Shown here: piece by piece, positions 47,394-58,517 of the stretch
How positions within the stretch are numbered: position 1 is the stretch's first letter
How the letters are laid out: each line of letters opens with the position of its first letter
Source: an uncultured Ignavibacteria bacterium
Lineage (GTDB): Bacteria; Zixibacteria; MSB-5A5; RBG-16-43-9
DNA: 64,000 nucleotides
Direction: 5' to 3'
Assembly (NCBI GenBank): GCA_964511075.1
Contig: CAZEDM010000006.1
Location: forward strand, 123,255 to 187,254
The notes under the pieces: generated by a model
Database searches by the model: none
Seen by the model: only the letters and a program-made list of their open reading frames with translations
Told to the model about the DNA's origin: nothing
Translations under genes and position numbers: made by a program

Positions 47394-48458
47394 TTACCCT
47401 TTTAAAAATCTCTCCATCTCTTTTATTAAACTCGAAACTATATCCTCTTCCCTGACTTTTTTTATAATCTTCCCTTTTCTGAAAATCAAACCTATCCCTC
47501 TTCCCCCTGCCACACCGACATCCGCTTCTTTAGCCTCGCCCGGACCATTAACCACGCATCCCATCACTGCTACTTTAAACGGCTTTTTTAATTTAGCCAA
47601 TCTTCTTTCCACCCGCTTGACTATAGGCAGCAAATCAATCTCCATCCTTCCGCAGGTCGGGCAGGAGATGAGAGTCGGGCCGTATTCCCTTAAGTTCAAA
47701 GACTTCAGTATCTCGTACCCAACCCTGACTTCATCCACCGGGTCGCCGGTTAAGGAGACCCTGATGGTATCGCCTATTCCCATAGCCAGAAGCGCCCCTA
47801 TCCCCACAGCAGATTTTATCGAGCCTATTCTGACCGTTCCCACCTCCGTCACGCCCAGGTGCAGGGGGTAATTTCTTTTTTCGGAGAAAAGCTTATTGGC
47901 TTCGATTGTCACAGGTACGTCCGAGGCTTTTAACGAGACCACTATCTCCTGATAATCCAGATCTTCCAGAATTCTAAGCTGTTCCAGAGCCGCTTCTACC
48001 ATAGCCGCAGGTGTTGCCTGACCATATTTCTTCAAGATAGATTTTGGCAACGAGGCGGCATTCACGCCTATTCTGATAGGTATTTCCCTTTGTTTCGAGG
48101 CTTTGACCACCTCTTTTACTTTCCATAAAGCACCAATGGTTCCCGGATTAATCCTCAGCTTATCCACGCCGGATTCCAGGGATTTCAAAGCCAGCCGGTA
48201 GTCGAAATGTATGTCCGCCACCAGGGGGATTTTAGTTAAACTTTTTATAATGGTAATAGCCTCAGCCGCCTTCTCATCCAGAACCGCCAGCCTGACTATC
48301 TCACAGCCTGCTTTTTCCAACCTTTTTATCTGTTTTAAAGTCGCTTTAACATCCCTGGTATCGGTGGAGCACATCGACTGAACCGCAACCGGAGTACCAC
48401 CGCCGATCGGCACTTTTCCCACATAAACTTTTCTGGTCTTCTCCCTGAGTGTCAGCAT
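47394..48458 (-). CDS. ispG: HMBPP synthase (GcpE)
   Basis: VQSM; PLVADIHF; RINPG; RIGVN; IGDTIRVSL; SCPTCGR; [10 protein letters not shown]. Confidence 0.97.
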   Translation of the reverse strand: MLTLREKTRKVYVGKVPIGGGTPVAVQSMCSTDTRDVKATLKQIKRLEKAGCEIVRLAVLDEKAAEAITIIKSLTKIPLVADIHFDYRLALKSLESGVDKLRINPGTIGALWKVKEVVKASKQREIPIRIGVNAASLPKSILKKYGQATPAAMVEAALEQLRILEDLDYQEIVVSLKASDVPVTIEANKLFSEKRNYPLHLGVTEVGTVRIGSIKSAVGIGALLAMGIGDTIRVSLTGDPVDEVRVGYEILKSLNLREYGPTLISCPTCGRMEIDLLPIVKRVERRLAKLKKPFKVAVMGCVVNGPGEAKEADVGVAGGRGIGLIFRKGKIIKKVREEDIVSSLIKEMERFLKG

Positions 48459-48929
48459 AGATCCCTCTCGGCAATTATAATCGAACTTAGATTTTCTTTT
48501 GTCAACTATTTTCTTCAAGTTTGACGACTTTAAGAACCCGAGTTTTAAAGTCAATCTGTTGAAGTTTTATTCTACCCCTTGATACCCTGTTAAATTCCGA
48601 TTGACATATTGAATTTTGACGATATATCTTAATATCTAAAAGAGAATTTTAACTATAGATTAATTAATAAACGGTTTGCTAAAGATATGTGGTGAGTAGT
48701 ACGGTGGGTAAAATTTACTTAGAATCCTCTCGCCCAAGCCAAAAATAAAAAATAAGAGGATACTGAGGGGATGTCATCCCTCCCTCTTCCTGTTTCTATG
48801 AGGGTTTAATTAAAAAACTACAATTTAGACAGCGTAAAGCCGATTAATAAATTAATTGACAGGATATAGAATGAAACTTATATTCGCTTCAGATGATTAT
48901 GTCCCTGAATTTCGAGAAAGGAGGGAGGG

Positions 48930-49580
48930 ATGAAGAGCTTAAAGGTGATTGTGGCATTTATTACTATCTTTTGTTGTTTCTCCTGTTCTGAAGCCACTCT
49001 TTACGATGCCTGGATATCTTTCACCAGCAGTTACCTGGGCGGGAACGTTTATGAACATTCCTACACCTGGGGTGCGAACAGTACCCTGAGCCAGGAGGAG
49101 ACTGATAATCTGTTTCCGTATGATAACTGGATCTATACGAGGCAATATACCGGAATAGGCACCCAGGATAGCTACTTTTACATAAACTGGACAAATCCCG
49201 TGGATATTATTTTTATGTCGACGGTGGGAACCAATTTCCCCGCCTCTACAACCGGTATGACAGGTTTATCCGATGACGATATTTTCGGGGACTGGTGGGA
49301 TTGGACAGACTGGAAGCGCAACAGAGAATTTACTTTTAGGACGAGAGGTTATACCGGCATGCAGGATATCGCCCTTAATATAGATTATTTTGGCTGGTAC
49401 GCTCTAAACCCCGGGGAGAACTTCAGACCCTTCCTTAGCCAGACCGCAGGAACCCCTTTGAGAGTCAGCGGCAGTTTTGGAGCAGTCCCCGAGCCAGCAG
49501 GTGTGCTTTTATTCGGTCCGGGACTCTTGAGCCTGCTTGGTTTGGCAGGACTTTGTGCCAGGAAAAGAACCCCCTCATAA
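48930..49580 (+). CDS. PEP-CTERM sorting-domain exported protein
   Basis: Signal peptide; C-terminal VPEP, TM helix and basic tail (RKR). Confidence 0.85.
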   Translation: MKSLKVIVAFITIFCCFSCSEATLYDAWISFTSSYLGGNVYEHSYTWGANSTLSQEETDNLFPYDNWIYTRQYTGIGTQDSYFYINWTNPVDIIFMSTVGTNFPASTTGMTGLSDDDIFGDWWDWTDWKRNREFTFRTRGYTGMQDIALNIDYFGWYALNPGENFRPFLSQTAGTPLRVSGSFGAVPEPAGVLLFGPGLLSLLGLAGLCARKRTPS

Positions 49581-49730
49581 AGTGAATTCGCCAGGTGAAT
49601 CGGAAACAATGCTGAAATTCCTCAAATCCTGAATCTCTGATACGCCTTCCCCGAAAACCGGAAGGTTTCAATCTGGCAAATATAACCTCTTAGATTTTAA
49701 TGTCCCCTTATTATATGGATGATAACGCTT

Positions 49731-51149
49731 TTATGTGTTTTTATCGAATTCTCTTTCGATATCCTCAGCCGTAAGCGTCTCGTCCAAATATTTACTGCGA
49801 TCGAAATTTCTCCAGCGCTCGTTAACCCGGCGTCGACATATTCGATGGATGTTCAAAAGATGGCGCGTGGAGATGTTGTCGGTGGTGCTGTTTTTCCCTC
49901 CGGAGCCACAGCTCAAGGTGAAAGATGGCGGCAGGGAATTAAACATCCCCCCCAAGGCTCCCTGTGTGGAGGGGGTATTGACCAGAATCCGGGCGACTTC
50001 CAGAGCCCTGGAGAAGTATTCGATCCGCTCGGGGTTATTGGAATAGATGACCGCGGTGTGACCCATCCCTCCAAAGCGGATAATCTCCGCGCAGCGCTCG
50101 ATCGAGGACTCGAAGTCTTTCTCGACATAAAATGCCAGAATCGGCGCCAGGATTTCGGCGGAGAGCGGCTGCTCACGCGATACGCCCTGGAGCCTGGCGA
50201 TGAGAACCGAGGTATCCGGAGGAACCTGAATGCCAGCCATCCCGGCAATCCGCTGAACTGGCTGCCCCACCACCGCAGCCAACATCACTCCCCTTTCCTT
50301 GTCATAAGCCATACGACCTACCTTTTCGCTCTCCTCCGCTGACAGGAAATACGCCTTCTGTTTCCTGAGCTCCGCTGCCACCCGCTCAGCCATCTCTTTC
50401 TTGACCACCACAGCCTGTTCGCTGGCACATATGGAGCCGTTATCGAAGGTTTTGGAGATCATTATATTCTGAACGGCAAAGGGGACATCTGCGCTGGCGC
50501 CGATATATACGGGCACGTTGCCAGCCCCCACCCCGATAGTGGGCGTGCCGGAGCTGTAACTTGTTTTAACCAGCTCGCCCGTACCCGTAGCCAAAATGAG
50601 CGCCAGCCCGGGATGGATCATCAGCTCCGTGGTCTTCATCAGGTTGGGTTTGGTTAGCCACTGGATGCAGTGTTCGGGTGCGCCCGCCTTCAACGCTGCC
50701 TGATGACAGATTCGGGCTGCTTCCGCCACGCAATTTTTGGCTGCCGAGGCTGCACTGATAATAAGCGGATTGCGAGTTTTCATGGAGATGAGAATTTTGA
50801 AGATGGTGGTGGAGGTGGGATTGATCACCGGGACCAGTGCCAGAATGGGGCCCAGTGGCTGAGCCATCTCAATTATGCCAGAAAACGAATCCTCGGAGAT
50901 GACACCTGCCGTCTTCTGGTTTTTGATATGCTCGTACACCAGCTGGGAGGCGATGACGTTCTTGATGACCTTGTCCTGCCAAATGCCCAGGCCAGTTTCC
51001 TCAGCCGCCAGCCTGGCGAGATGAACACGGTTATTCAGCGCCGCCAGATAAACTGCCCGCACGATATGGTCCGTTTCAGCCTGGTCCAATTTTTTGAAAA
51101 AGTTAAACGCTTTTCTGGCTCGCTGGATAATCTCATCGGGACTGAACAT
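49731..51149 (-). CDS. CoA-acylating acetaldehyde dehydrogenase (AdhE N-domain/EutE-like)
   Basis: EETGLG..DKVIKN; NPTST; ILATG; GVGAGN; FDNGSICASEQ; GHTAVI; SFTLSCGSGG. Confidence 0.9.
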   Translation of the reverse strand: MFSPDEIIQRARKAFNFFKKLDQAETDHIVRAVYLAALNNRVHLARLAAEETGLGIWQDKVIKNVIASQLVYEHIKNQKTAGVISEDSFSGIIEMAQPLGPILALVPVINPTSTTIFKILISMKTRNPLIISAASAAKNCVAEAARICHQAALKAGAPEHCIQWLTKPNLMKTTELMIHPGLALILATGTGELVKTSYSSGTPTIGVGAGNVPVYIGASADVPFAVQNIMISKTFDNGSICASEQAVVVKKEMAERVAAELRKQKAYFLSAEESEKVGRMAYDKERGVMLAAVVGQPVQRIAGMAGIQVPPDTSVLIARLQGVSREQPLSAEILAPILAFYVEKDFESSIERCAEIIRFGGMGHTAVIYSNNPERIEYFSRALEVARILVNTPSTQGALGGMFNSLPPSFTLSCGSGGKNSTTDNISTRHLLNIHRICRRRVNERWRNFDRSKYLDETLTAEDIEREFDKNT

Positions 51150-51482
51150 TGTCGTTTCTCCTCTATTGAATCCCCTGTTCCGAACTTTTTTTCACAAGTG
51201 CCTGACACCCTGTATTCGCGTAAACCATCGGAATATGGAAAAGCACCGTGATTGTTCTTTTGACCTTTTAGACCTGGTGATGTATCTCCCTACCATTTTA
51301 ATAATAAACAGGTGCTTGTCAACCAAAAATTGTCAAGCTCATCTGGGCCTGAGACCTTCCAGCCGTAGCAACCTCAACCTGAAAAAATCTGCTCTATGTA
51401 CTTGATACCCACGTATCCTCTTAATTATCCTCTTGACATAAAACCCCTTTATCATAGATTAACCTGAGTTCAAGGAGAGATA

Positions 51483-51821
51483 GTGTCTTTCAGGTATAAG
51501 CTTCTTCTAATTATAATCTTACTTCTCGTCTTATTGCTTGTTTTGCTTCTCTTCACACGTAACAGGAAAGATGGCGAGGAGAAATTCGTAGAGGTCTATG
51601 TCCAGCTCTCCCTGGCTCAATTGAAATTCAAAGACCAGCCGGAAAAATTCGAGGCAGAGAAGGAAACGATTTTCTCCCAATATAAATTCTCGCAAAAAGA
51701 GCTGGACGAATTTCTGCAAACCTACCGGAAAAACCCGGAGAGATGGCTGAAGCTCTGGGAGAAGATAAACCAGCGTCTATCTGAATTAATCGAAAGGAAT
51801 AAAACCCCTCAATCCAGGTAA
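51483..51821 (+). CDS. Small membrane-anchored protein (DUF4296-like)
   Basis: N-terminal TM; Y.K.PE.W..LWE; AAGGAG RBS with GTG start. Confidence 0.65.
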   Translation: MSFRYKLLLIIILLLVLLLVLLLFTRNRKDGEEKFVEVYVQLSLAQLKFKDQPEKFEAEKETIFSQYKFSQKELDEFLQTYRKNPERWLKLWEKINQRLSELIERNKTPQSR

Positions 51822-52168
51822 AAAGCATTCTGGATATGCTCGATTTTCTCTTGCCTTGAGCTTCTATCAATGGCTATCACATCGAACCTGAAATCATAAC
51901 CCGGAAATTGGTTCTCCTGTAAAAAAGCTGTTGCCACCTCAGCTAATCTTTTTTGCTTTCTTATAGTCACCCACCCCTGGGGAGGCCCGAAGGATTTACT
52001 TTTCCCGGCCTTGACCTCGACGAAGACTATGCACTTCTTGTCCCGGGCAATTATATCGATCTCCTTATGCCCGTATCTGTAATTGGTAAACAATATCTCG
52101 AACCCTTTTTGCTTGAGGTAGCCGGCAGCCCTTTTCTCCCCGGACCTCCCTTTGCTCAGCGTTCCCAT
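51809..52168 (-). CDS. yraN: YraN family putative endonuclease
   Basis: G..GE..A; EIDIIA; VFVEVK; RFDVIAI. Confidence 0.92.
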   Translation of the reverse strand: MGTLSKGRSGEKRAAGYLKQKGFEILFTNYRYGHKEIDIIARDKKCIVFVEVKAGKSKSFGPPQGWVTIRKQKRLAEVATAFLQENQFPGYDFRFDVIAIDRSSRQEKIEHIQNAFYLD

Positions 52169-52171
52169 ATC

Positions 52172-52867
52172 TTAATCTATTTTAAGGAACTCCTGTTTAA
52201 CCAGACATTCCATCACCCTTTTGAAGGACCTGCGGTGAATCCTGCAGGGACCAAATTCCCTTAGAGCCTCTAAATGCTTTCTGGATGAATACCCTTTGTT
52301 CCGGTCAAAGGAAAACTGCGGGTATTTGCGGTGCATCCTCTTCATCCAGTTATCCCTCTCGACCTTGGCGATAATCGATGCCGCCGCACAGGACAGGGAA
52401 AGGGAATCCCCTTTAACCACCGGAAGCTGGGGAAATCTAAGTTCCGGTATTTTCTGGTTTCCATCGATCAATATAAAATCAGGACTATTTTTTAAACTGG
52501 AGACTGCCTGGTGCATGGCCTTTAAAGAGGCTCTGAGGATATTCAGCTTGTCTATCTCTTTTTCACTTACCATACCAACCCCGAAATCCAGGGCTTCATC
52601 TTTAATCTTATGGTAAAGCTCCTCCCTTCTCCCGGGGCTGAGCTTTTTGGAATCGTCGATCCCGGGTATATATATGTCCCTAGGAAACACCACGCAGGCA
52701 GCCACCACCGGTCCGGCTAAGGGACCTCTTCCCACCTCATCCACCCCGGCAACTAATTGATAACCTTTGCTCCAGAGCTCTTTCTCGTAAGAGAGTTTAT
52801 CCTTTTCTAATATTATTTTTTTTTCTCTGTTGATTTTCATCTTCTGTCTAAAAAATTTATCCGGCAA
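52172..52867 (-). CDS. rnhB: Ribonuclease HII
   Basis: AGVDEVGRGPLAGPV; DSKKL; IDGN; KGD; AASIIAKV; HRRSF. Confidence 0.96.
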   Translation of the reverse strand: MPDKFFRQKMKINREKKIILEKDKLSYEKELWSKGYQLVAGVDEVGRGPLAGPVVAACVVFPRDIYIPGIDDSKKLSPGRREELYHKIKDEALDFGVGMVSEKEIDKLNILRASLKAMHQAVSSLKNSPDFILIDGNQKIPELRFPQLPVVKGDSLSLSCAAASIIAKVERDNWMKRMHRKYPQFSFDRNKGYSSRKHLEALREFGPCRIHRRSFKRVMECLVKQEFLKID

Positions 52868-52873
52868 AATATA

Positions 52874-54145
52874 TTACGAGCTCCGGGGCTCATTTCCCTT
52901 ATGGATAAACCTTTGGAAAAGAAACAAAGATACGCCCCCGCAGAGAAGAGCACCGATTCTTACTGCCCAGTTAACACCTAAGGTTTCACCCAAGGTCCCG
53001 GCTAAAAAGCTTCCTATGGGCATGGTTCCCATAAACATCATAGTATAGAAGCTCATCACCCTTCCCCTGAGCTCATCCGGAACTATCTCCTGTAATAAAG
53101 TATTGCAGGTGGCAACCAGGGAGATCATCCCCCAACCAGCTCCGACCAGGAAGACCAAAGAAAGGAAAAAACTTTTGGAAAAGGAGAAAAGAAAAAGAGA
53201 AACAAAGAAAGCCACAATCCCAGCCTGCATATATTTCAACTTCTCCTCTTGCTTCCTGGAGGCTAAACTTAAGCCTGCGGATATGGCTCCGATTCCTGCG
53301 GCGGACATAAGAAACCCTAAGCCTGAGGCACCTGATTTTAATATGTCGCGCGCAAAAACCGGCATCAAGACTGCATAGGATAGGCCGAAGATGCTCATAC
53401 TCGAAACTGTAAGAATTATGGACAGGACTCTCTTATTGGATGTGATATAGCTAACACCTTCTTTGAAATTAATCAGAAACGATCTGTTTCTCGGTTTTAT
53501 AAGTAAATCTTCCATTCTCATAAGAGATAACCCGGCTATTACTGCTAAATAGCTTAATCCATTGATAAGAAAACACCCTGCTTCCCCGGTCAAGCTGATT
53601 AAAATCCCGGCAATGGCGGGTCCTAAGATCCTGGCACCGTTAAATACGGCAGAGTTCAAGGCGATAGCGTTCAAAAGGTCTTCCTTTCCAACTATCTCCT
53701 TAATGAAAGCCTGCCTGGTGGGAGAGTCAAATGCCATAACCAGTCCCAGGCATAAAGCCAGAAGCATCACGTGCCAGACCTTTACCAACCTGGTAAAAGC
53801 AAGAAACGCCAGTATCAAAGCCAGGACCATTGCACTTGCCTGGGTGAAGATGAGAAATTTTCGTTTTTTGACCCGGTCTGCCAGAACCCCTGCAGGCAGA
53901 GAGAAAAAAAGGATAGGCAGACCTGCAAAGGCACTTACCGCTCCCAGGAGAAAAGGAGAGTTGGAGAGCCTCAGGACCAGCCAGCCCTGTGCCACGTTCT
54001 GCATCCAGGTGCCGATCAGGGAGATCATCTGCCCGAACCAGAACAGCCTGTAGTTACTGTGCCTTAAAGAGCGAAAGGTCTGCCCCAGTCTGCCCAATCT
54101 GAGTTCAGCAGAGACCTGCTCGGAAGTTCTTTGGCTCTCAAACAT
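52874..54145 (-). CDS. MFS transporter (MFS_3/DUF894-like)
   Basis: GQ.IS.IGTWMQ; GVLADR; about 12 TM segments; LRGRVMS. Confidence 0.9.
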   Translation of the reverse strand: MFESQRTSEQVSAELRLGRLGQTFRSLRHSNYRLFWFGQMISLIGTWMQNVAQGWLVLRLSNSPFLLGAVSAFAGLPILFFSLPAGVLADRVKKRKFLIFTQASAMVLALILAFLAFTRLVKVWHVMLLALCLGLVMAFDSPTRQAFIKEIVGKEDLLNAIALNSAVFNGARILGPAIAGILISLTGEAGCFLINGLSYLAVIAGLSLMRMEDLLIKPRNRSFLINFKEGVSYITSNKRVLSIILTVSSMSIFGLSYAVLMPVFARDILKSGASGLGFLMSAAGIGAISAGLSLASRKQEEKLKYMQAGIVAFFVSLFLFSFSKSFFLSLVFLVGAGWGMISLVATCNTLLQEIVPDELRGRVMSFYTMMFMGTMPIGSFLAGTLGETLGVNWAVRIGALLCGGVSLFLFQRFIHKGNEPRSS

Positions 54146-54272
54146 CTATCAAGAAATCAGAAGTCCAAACCTTTAAGATTGCCAGGGAGTAAAGCTTTGG
54201 CTTTACCTTCCGGTTTTATTATGTGCTGAATAATACAGGAAATATATAGGATTGTAAAGATAATTTTGGGAT

Positions 54273-54485
54273 GTAGGGGAAACCCTGGTTGAGCTTAGCG
54301 AAATCCCGTTTTCGGGATGGTCTCCCGCAACTCGGGAGGGGACAAGCCCCCCTACGCAAAAGGTAGAACGGACATTCCTGTCTGTTCTCTTGTATGTACC
54401 TATCAGGGTTTCAAATTCTTATGTAGCAACAACCTTCAGGTTTCCATTCTAATATAAAAAATGGGAGGCTAAGGTCTTCCGCTAC
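54273..54485. repeat. Cluster of GTAG REP-like hairpins
   Basis: GTAGGGGGAAACC..GGTCTCCC; GTAGAACGGACATTCCTGTCTGTTC; GTAGC..CC..; GGAGGC..GTCTTCCGCTAC. Confidence 0.75.
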
Positions 54486-54538
54486 ACAATCATTTTTGAT
54501 AAAAAAGCGTCCCGACGAGAGCCGGGACACCACTAACT

Positions 54539-54916
54539 TTACTCTTTAGCTTCCTTTTCTTCCGCTACTTCCCTCTTCTCCCTTTCCTCTATCTTCGCCG
54601 CTTTACCTTTCATCTTCCTCAGGTAGAAAAGCTTTGCCCTTCTCACCTTTCCTCTTTTAACCACTTCCACCTCAGATACAAAAGGAGAGTGCAGCGGGAA
54701 AATCCTTTCCACCCCCACGCCGCTGGAGATTTTTCGCACGGTGAAACTCTGGGAAACACCCTTTCCTTTTTTCTGCAGGACGATCCCTTCAAAGACCTGA
54801 ATTCTTTCCTTGTCACCCTCCTTGATCTTCACATGCACTTTGACCGTATCGCCGGGGCTGAATTCCGGAATCTTCTCCCTCATCTGCTTGCCTTCGACTG
54901 CCGATATCAAATCCAT
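54539..54916 (-). CDS. rplS: 50S ribosomal protein L19
   Basis: PGDTVKV; ERIQ.FEG; GVGVERIFP; [10 protein letters not shown]. Confidence 0.97.
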   Translation of the reverse strand: MDLISAVEGKQMREKIPEFSPGDTVKVHVKIKEGDKERIQVFEGIVLQKKGKGVSQSFTVRKISSGVGVERIFPLHSPFVSEVEVVKRGKVRRAKLFYLRKMKGKAAKIEEREKREVAEEKEAKE

Positions 54917-55004
54917 CTTTCCTCTCCTTAACTTTTTGGTATTCTGCAACAATCTCCTGTCCCTCTTCTCCATAAGGAGAGAGGGCTGGTGAATGTATTA
55001 TAAA

Positions 55005-55736
55005 TTACGTCTCTTTCTCTATTTCAGCAAGTAATTTTTTATCCTCCGGGCTGAGAATTTTCTTTTCCAAAAGGTCTGGCCTTTGCTCCAGGGTTCTTCT
55101 TAAGGATTCCTTTTTTCTCCATAGCCTTATCTTTTCGTGATTGCCCGATAAAAGTGTCTCCGGCACCTTCATGCCTCTGAACTCCGAGGGACGGGTATAT
55201 TCAGGATAACCCAGTATACCCTCGTAAAAGGAATCGCTCTCCGCTGACTGAAAGTTTCCCATAAACCCGGGGAGCAGGCGAACCACGCTGTCTATGATCA
55301 CCAGTGCGGGAAGCTCCCCTCCGGTCAGGACGTAGTCTCCTATGGAAAGCTCCTCCAGGTCATGTAATGTCCTTACCCGCTGGTCAATGCCCTTGTAGTG
55401 ACCGCTGATCACCACCAGATGGTCTTTAAGGGAAAGCTCCTTTGCTTTTTCCTGATCAAACTTTCTCCCCTGGGCAGAGGTGAGAATAATATGATAGTCC
55501 TCTTTTTCCTCCAGGATCGAATCCAGGGCTGAGGACAAAGGCTCCACCATCATCACCATTCCAGCCCCTCCCCCAAAGGGAGTGTCATCCACCGTCTTGT
55601 GCTTGTCCCGGGCAAAATCCCTTATATCTGTTACTTTTATCTGAATCAGATTATTTTCCTGAGCTTTTTTAATCAGGCTCTCACTCAGGGGACTTGCAAA
55701 GAAATTGGGGAAAATTGTCAATATGTCTATTCGCAT
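55005..55736 (-). CDS. trmD: tRNA (guanine37-N1) methyltransferase
   Basis: VDDTPFGGGAGM; SIGDYVLTGGE; YTRP; LLSGNH. Confidence 0.97.
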   Translation of the reverse strand: MRIDILTIFPNFFASPLSESLIKKAQENNLIQIKVTDIRDFARDKHKTVDDTPFGGGAGMVMMVEPLSSALDSILEEKEDYHIILTSAQGRKFDQEKAKELSLKDHLVVISGHYKGIDQRVRTLHDLEELSIGDYVLTGGELPALVIIDSVVRLLPGFMGNFQSAESDSFYEGILGYPEYTRPSEFRGMKVPETLLSGNHEKIRLWRKKESLRRTLEQRPDLLEKKILSPEDKKLLAEIEKET

Positions 55737-55754
55737 AATAAAGATTGGAAAGCT

Positions 55755-56261
55755 CTACTCTAAAAGACCATTTATAGGCTCGATCAGAATCAGCTTTTTC
55801 TTAGGATCAATCTCCTTCACCACATCTTTTATAAAAGGTATATAATGTTCTTTTTTCTTCTTCCTTACCACCAGGACATCATTGGCCGGGAAAGAGAGGA
55901 CCTCTTTAACCTCTCCGAGCTTTTCCCCCTTCAAACACTCCACCTGAGAGCCAATCAAATCAAACAGGTAATATCTGCCCTCCGGAAGAGTAGGGACATC
56001 CTCTCTGGGAATCTCCAGGTATCTGCCTTGGAGGGAGCTGGCTTTTTCCCGGTCCTCAATCCCTTCAAGCTGAAGCAGGACTTTCCCCTGGAAAATCCTG
56101 CTTCTCTTAATCCTGTATATCTCCTCCCTGCCGCTTGAATCAGAGATCAAGACCTTCTCTACCCGGGTAAATCTTTTCGGATCGTCAGTCAGGGGAAAGA
56201 CCAGAAGCTCCCCCTTGACTCCCCGGGTACGGAGGATTTTGCCTAAAGCTACTTTCTCCAA
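55755..56261 (-). CDS. rimM: Ribosome maturation factor RimM
   Basis: G.I....GVKGE; YY..DLIG; ANDV; IPF; synteny. Confidence 0.95.
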   Translation of the reverse strand: MEKVALGKILRTRGVKGELLVFPLTDDPKRFTRVEKVLISDSSGREEIYRIKRSRIFQGKVLLQLEGIEDREKASSLQGRYLEIPREDVPTLPEGRYYLFDLIGSQVECLKGEKLGEVKEVLSFPANDVLVVRKKKKEHYIPFIKDVVKEIDPKKKLILIEPINGLLE

Positions 56262-56270
56262 AAAATCTGC

Positions 56271-56501
56271 TTACTCCAGAATCTCCAGCATCGCCCGTTT
56301 ACCCTTCTTGGCAGAGGCGGCGGAGATCAAGGTGCGAATAGCACTGGCAGTCTTGCCTTTTTTCCCAATCACCTTTCCCAGATCACCAGCACCCACTCTC
56401 AGCTCATACACTGTAGTCTTCTCCCCGTCCACCTCGGCAACAGAAACCTGATCTGGATTATCCACCAGAGCTTTGACGATGGTCTCGATAAACTGTTTCA
56501 T
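56271..56501 (-). CDS. khpA: KH-domain RNA-binding protein
   Basis: [13 protein letters not shown]; lies between rpsP and rimM. Confidence 0.93.
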   Translation of the reverse strand: MKQFIETIVKALVDNPDQVSVAEVDGEKTTVYELRVGAGDLGKVIGKKGKTASAIRTLISAASAKKGKRAMLEILE

Positions 56502-56522
56502 TGCAAACCTCCTTGCAAACAG

Positions 56523-56936
56523 TTATTCAGTTTTTGGTTCAGTTGGTTGAGCCTCTTGACTCTCAGTCTCTTTTATCACTTTAGTCTCTTTTTCTTCTTT
56601 AGTCCTTTTCTTTTTCTTCTTCCTCCTCTCTGGAATATAATTGGAGATCTCCATCTCGCTTGCATCTGCCCCTTTTTTAAGAGCAGCCCATTTCCTCATC
56701 AGTCCGATCCCTCTCAGAAGGGAGTTAACTGTATCAGTCGGCAGGGCTCCATTTCTCAGCCAGTAATAGATTCTATCTTCCTTTACCACCACGGAAGCCT
56801 GTTTCTCAACCGGATTGTACTGCCCCAGTATCTCGATGAATCTACCATCCCGGGGGCTGCGAGAATCTGCTGCCACGATACGGTAAAAGGGCTTCTTTTT
56901 CGCCCCAATCCTCCTCAGTCTTATCCTGACTGCCAA
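56523..56936 (-). CDS. rpsP: 30S ribosomal protein S16 with charged C-terminal extension
   Basis: [26 protein letters not shown]; TTG start after AGGAGG. Confidence 0.96.
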   Translation of the reverse strand: MAVRIRLRRIGAKKKPFYRIVAADSRSPRDGRFIEILGQYNPVEKQASVVVKEDRIYYWLRNGALPTDTVNSLLRGIGLMRKWAALKKGADASEMEISNYIPERRKKKKKRTKEEKETKVIKETESQEAQPTEPKTE

Positions 56937-56962
56937 ATTCACCTCCTTCCAGTTCTCTACGG

Positions 56963-58279
56963 TTAGAATTTAAAGATATTTTTCAGCTTTTTCAAGTCCA
57001 TTTTATGAAAATCCTTAATCATCTTCTGCATCATAAAGAACTGCTTGGTAAGCCGGTTAACCTCCTGGATGTCCGTGCCGCTGCCCTGGGCTATCCTTTT
57101 CCTTCTGCTGCCGTCTATCACCTGCGGTTTTAACCTTTCCTCCTCGGTCATGGAGTTTATTATGGCCTCGATTCTGCCAAGGGATTTCTCGTCCACCGAT
57201 ATCCCTTTTAGGGCTCCGCTTACCCCGGGTATCAAATTGACAATCGAATCCAGGGACCCCATCTTCTTCAGTTGCTGAAGCTGAGCATAGAAATCTTTGA
57301 AGGTAAAAGCTTCCTTTTGCAGCTTTTTCTCTAATTTTATCGCCTCTTCATTATCTATCGCCTCCTGGGCTTTTTCCACCAGAGTCACTACGTCGCCCAT
57401 TCCCAGGATTCTCGAAGCCATCCTATCAGGATAGAATACCTCCATGGCATCCAGTTTCTCGCCGGTTCCTACGTATTTGATGGGCTTACCTGTTACCGCT
57501 CTCAAAGAAAGGGCTGCACCTCCTCTGGCATCCCCGTCTAACTTGGTCAGAAAAATACCATCTATCCCCAGTTTCTCCTCAAAGCTGGAAGCGATGTTCA
57601 CGGCATCCTGACCGGTCATTGAATCCACCACCAGAAGGACTTCCTGAGGATCGAGTTTCTCCTTTATCAAGGAAAGCTCTTTCATCAGCTCCTCATCTAT
57701 ATGAAGTCTTCCCGCTGTATCGATGATAGCCAAATCCATTCCCTCTTTCCTGGCTTTCTCCACTCCCTCCCTGCAGATTTTAACTGGATTCTCCCTGGAA
57801 GAGTAGACCGGCATATTCAAGCTTTTTCCCAAAATCATAAGCTGATCAACTGCTGCAGGCCTTTGAACGTCTGCGGCAACAAGCAGGGGTGTTTTTCCCT
57901 TTTTGCGATAGTGGTTGGCTAATTTTCCGCAGGCTGTGGTCTTACCCGAACCTTGCAGCCCCACTAACATCCAGACAGTGGGTCCTGAAGAGGAGAGCTT
58001 CATCCCGGAACTGTCCTTGCCTAAAAGCAAGGTCATCTCATCGTAGACTATTTTGATCAGCTGCTGTCCCGGGGTTATGCTGCGCAAGACCTCCTGGCCG
58101 ATAGCCTTAGCCTCAACCCTGGAGATAAAATCCTTAGTCACCTTATAATTGACGTCAGCCTCCAGCAGAGCCCTCCTTACCTCTTTCAGGGCATCTCTTA
58201 CATTGCCTTCTGTGAGCTTTCCCTGGCCGCGAAGCTTCTTGATGATCGACTCTAATTTGTTACTCAGCTCTGAAAACAT
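56963..58279 (-). CDS. ffh: Signal recognition particle protein
   Basis: ALLEADV; GLQGSGKTT; DTAGR; [10 protein letters not shown]; M domain. Confidence 0.97.
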   Translation of the reverse strand: MFSELSNKLESIIKKLRGQGKLTEGNVRDALKEVRRALLEADVNYKVTKDFISRVEAKAIGQEVLRSITPGQQLIKIVYDEMTLLLGKDSSGMKLSSSGPTVWMLVGLQGSGKTTACGKLANHYRKKGKTPLLVAADVQRPAAVDQLMILGKSLNMPVYSSRENPVKICREGVEKARKEGMDLAIIDTAGRLHIDEELMKELSLIKEKLDPQEVLLVVDSMTGQDAVNIASSFEEKLGIDGIFLTKLDGDARGGAALSLRAVTGKPIKYVGTGEKLDAMEVFYPDRMASRILGMGDVVTLVEKAQEAIDNEEAIKLEKKLQKEAFTFKDFYAQLQQLKKMGSLDSIVNLIPGVSGALKGISVDEKSLGRIEAIINSMTEEERLKPQVIDGSRRKRIAQGSGTDIQEVNRLTKQFFMMQKMIKDFHKMDLKKLKNIFKF

Positions 58280-58517
58280 AAAGGCTTTACCTTTTAGACT
58301 AATTAACCCAACTTCCAAAGGAGTTAAAACCACAGGCCATTTTGTTGGGATTGCAAAATTTCAATATAGTAATTTCAGCTACTGAAAGCAAGCTAAAACT
58401 TGAACTTCTCTTTATTTTCTACGATTTTTTCCTCTTTTGCCATTGACCCCTGATCTGTGCTCCTGACGCATCTAAGTTATTACCCCGAAAAGAATTATGT
58501 GGCTTTCAAGATTTGTT

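Noticed and set aside
58340-58517. SRP RNA (ffs) next to ffh
   Set aside because: The conserved helix-8 motif (CAGG..GGAA..AGCAG) is not visible on either strand.
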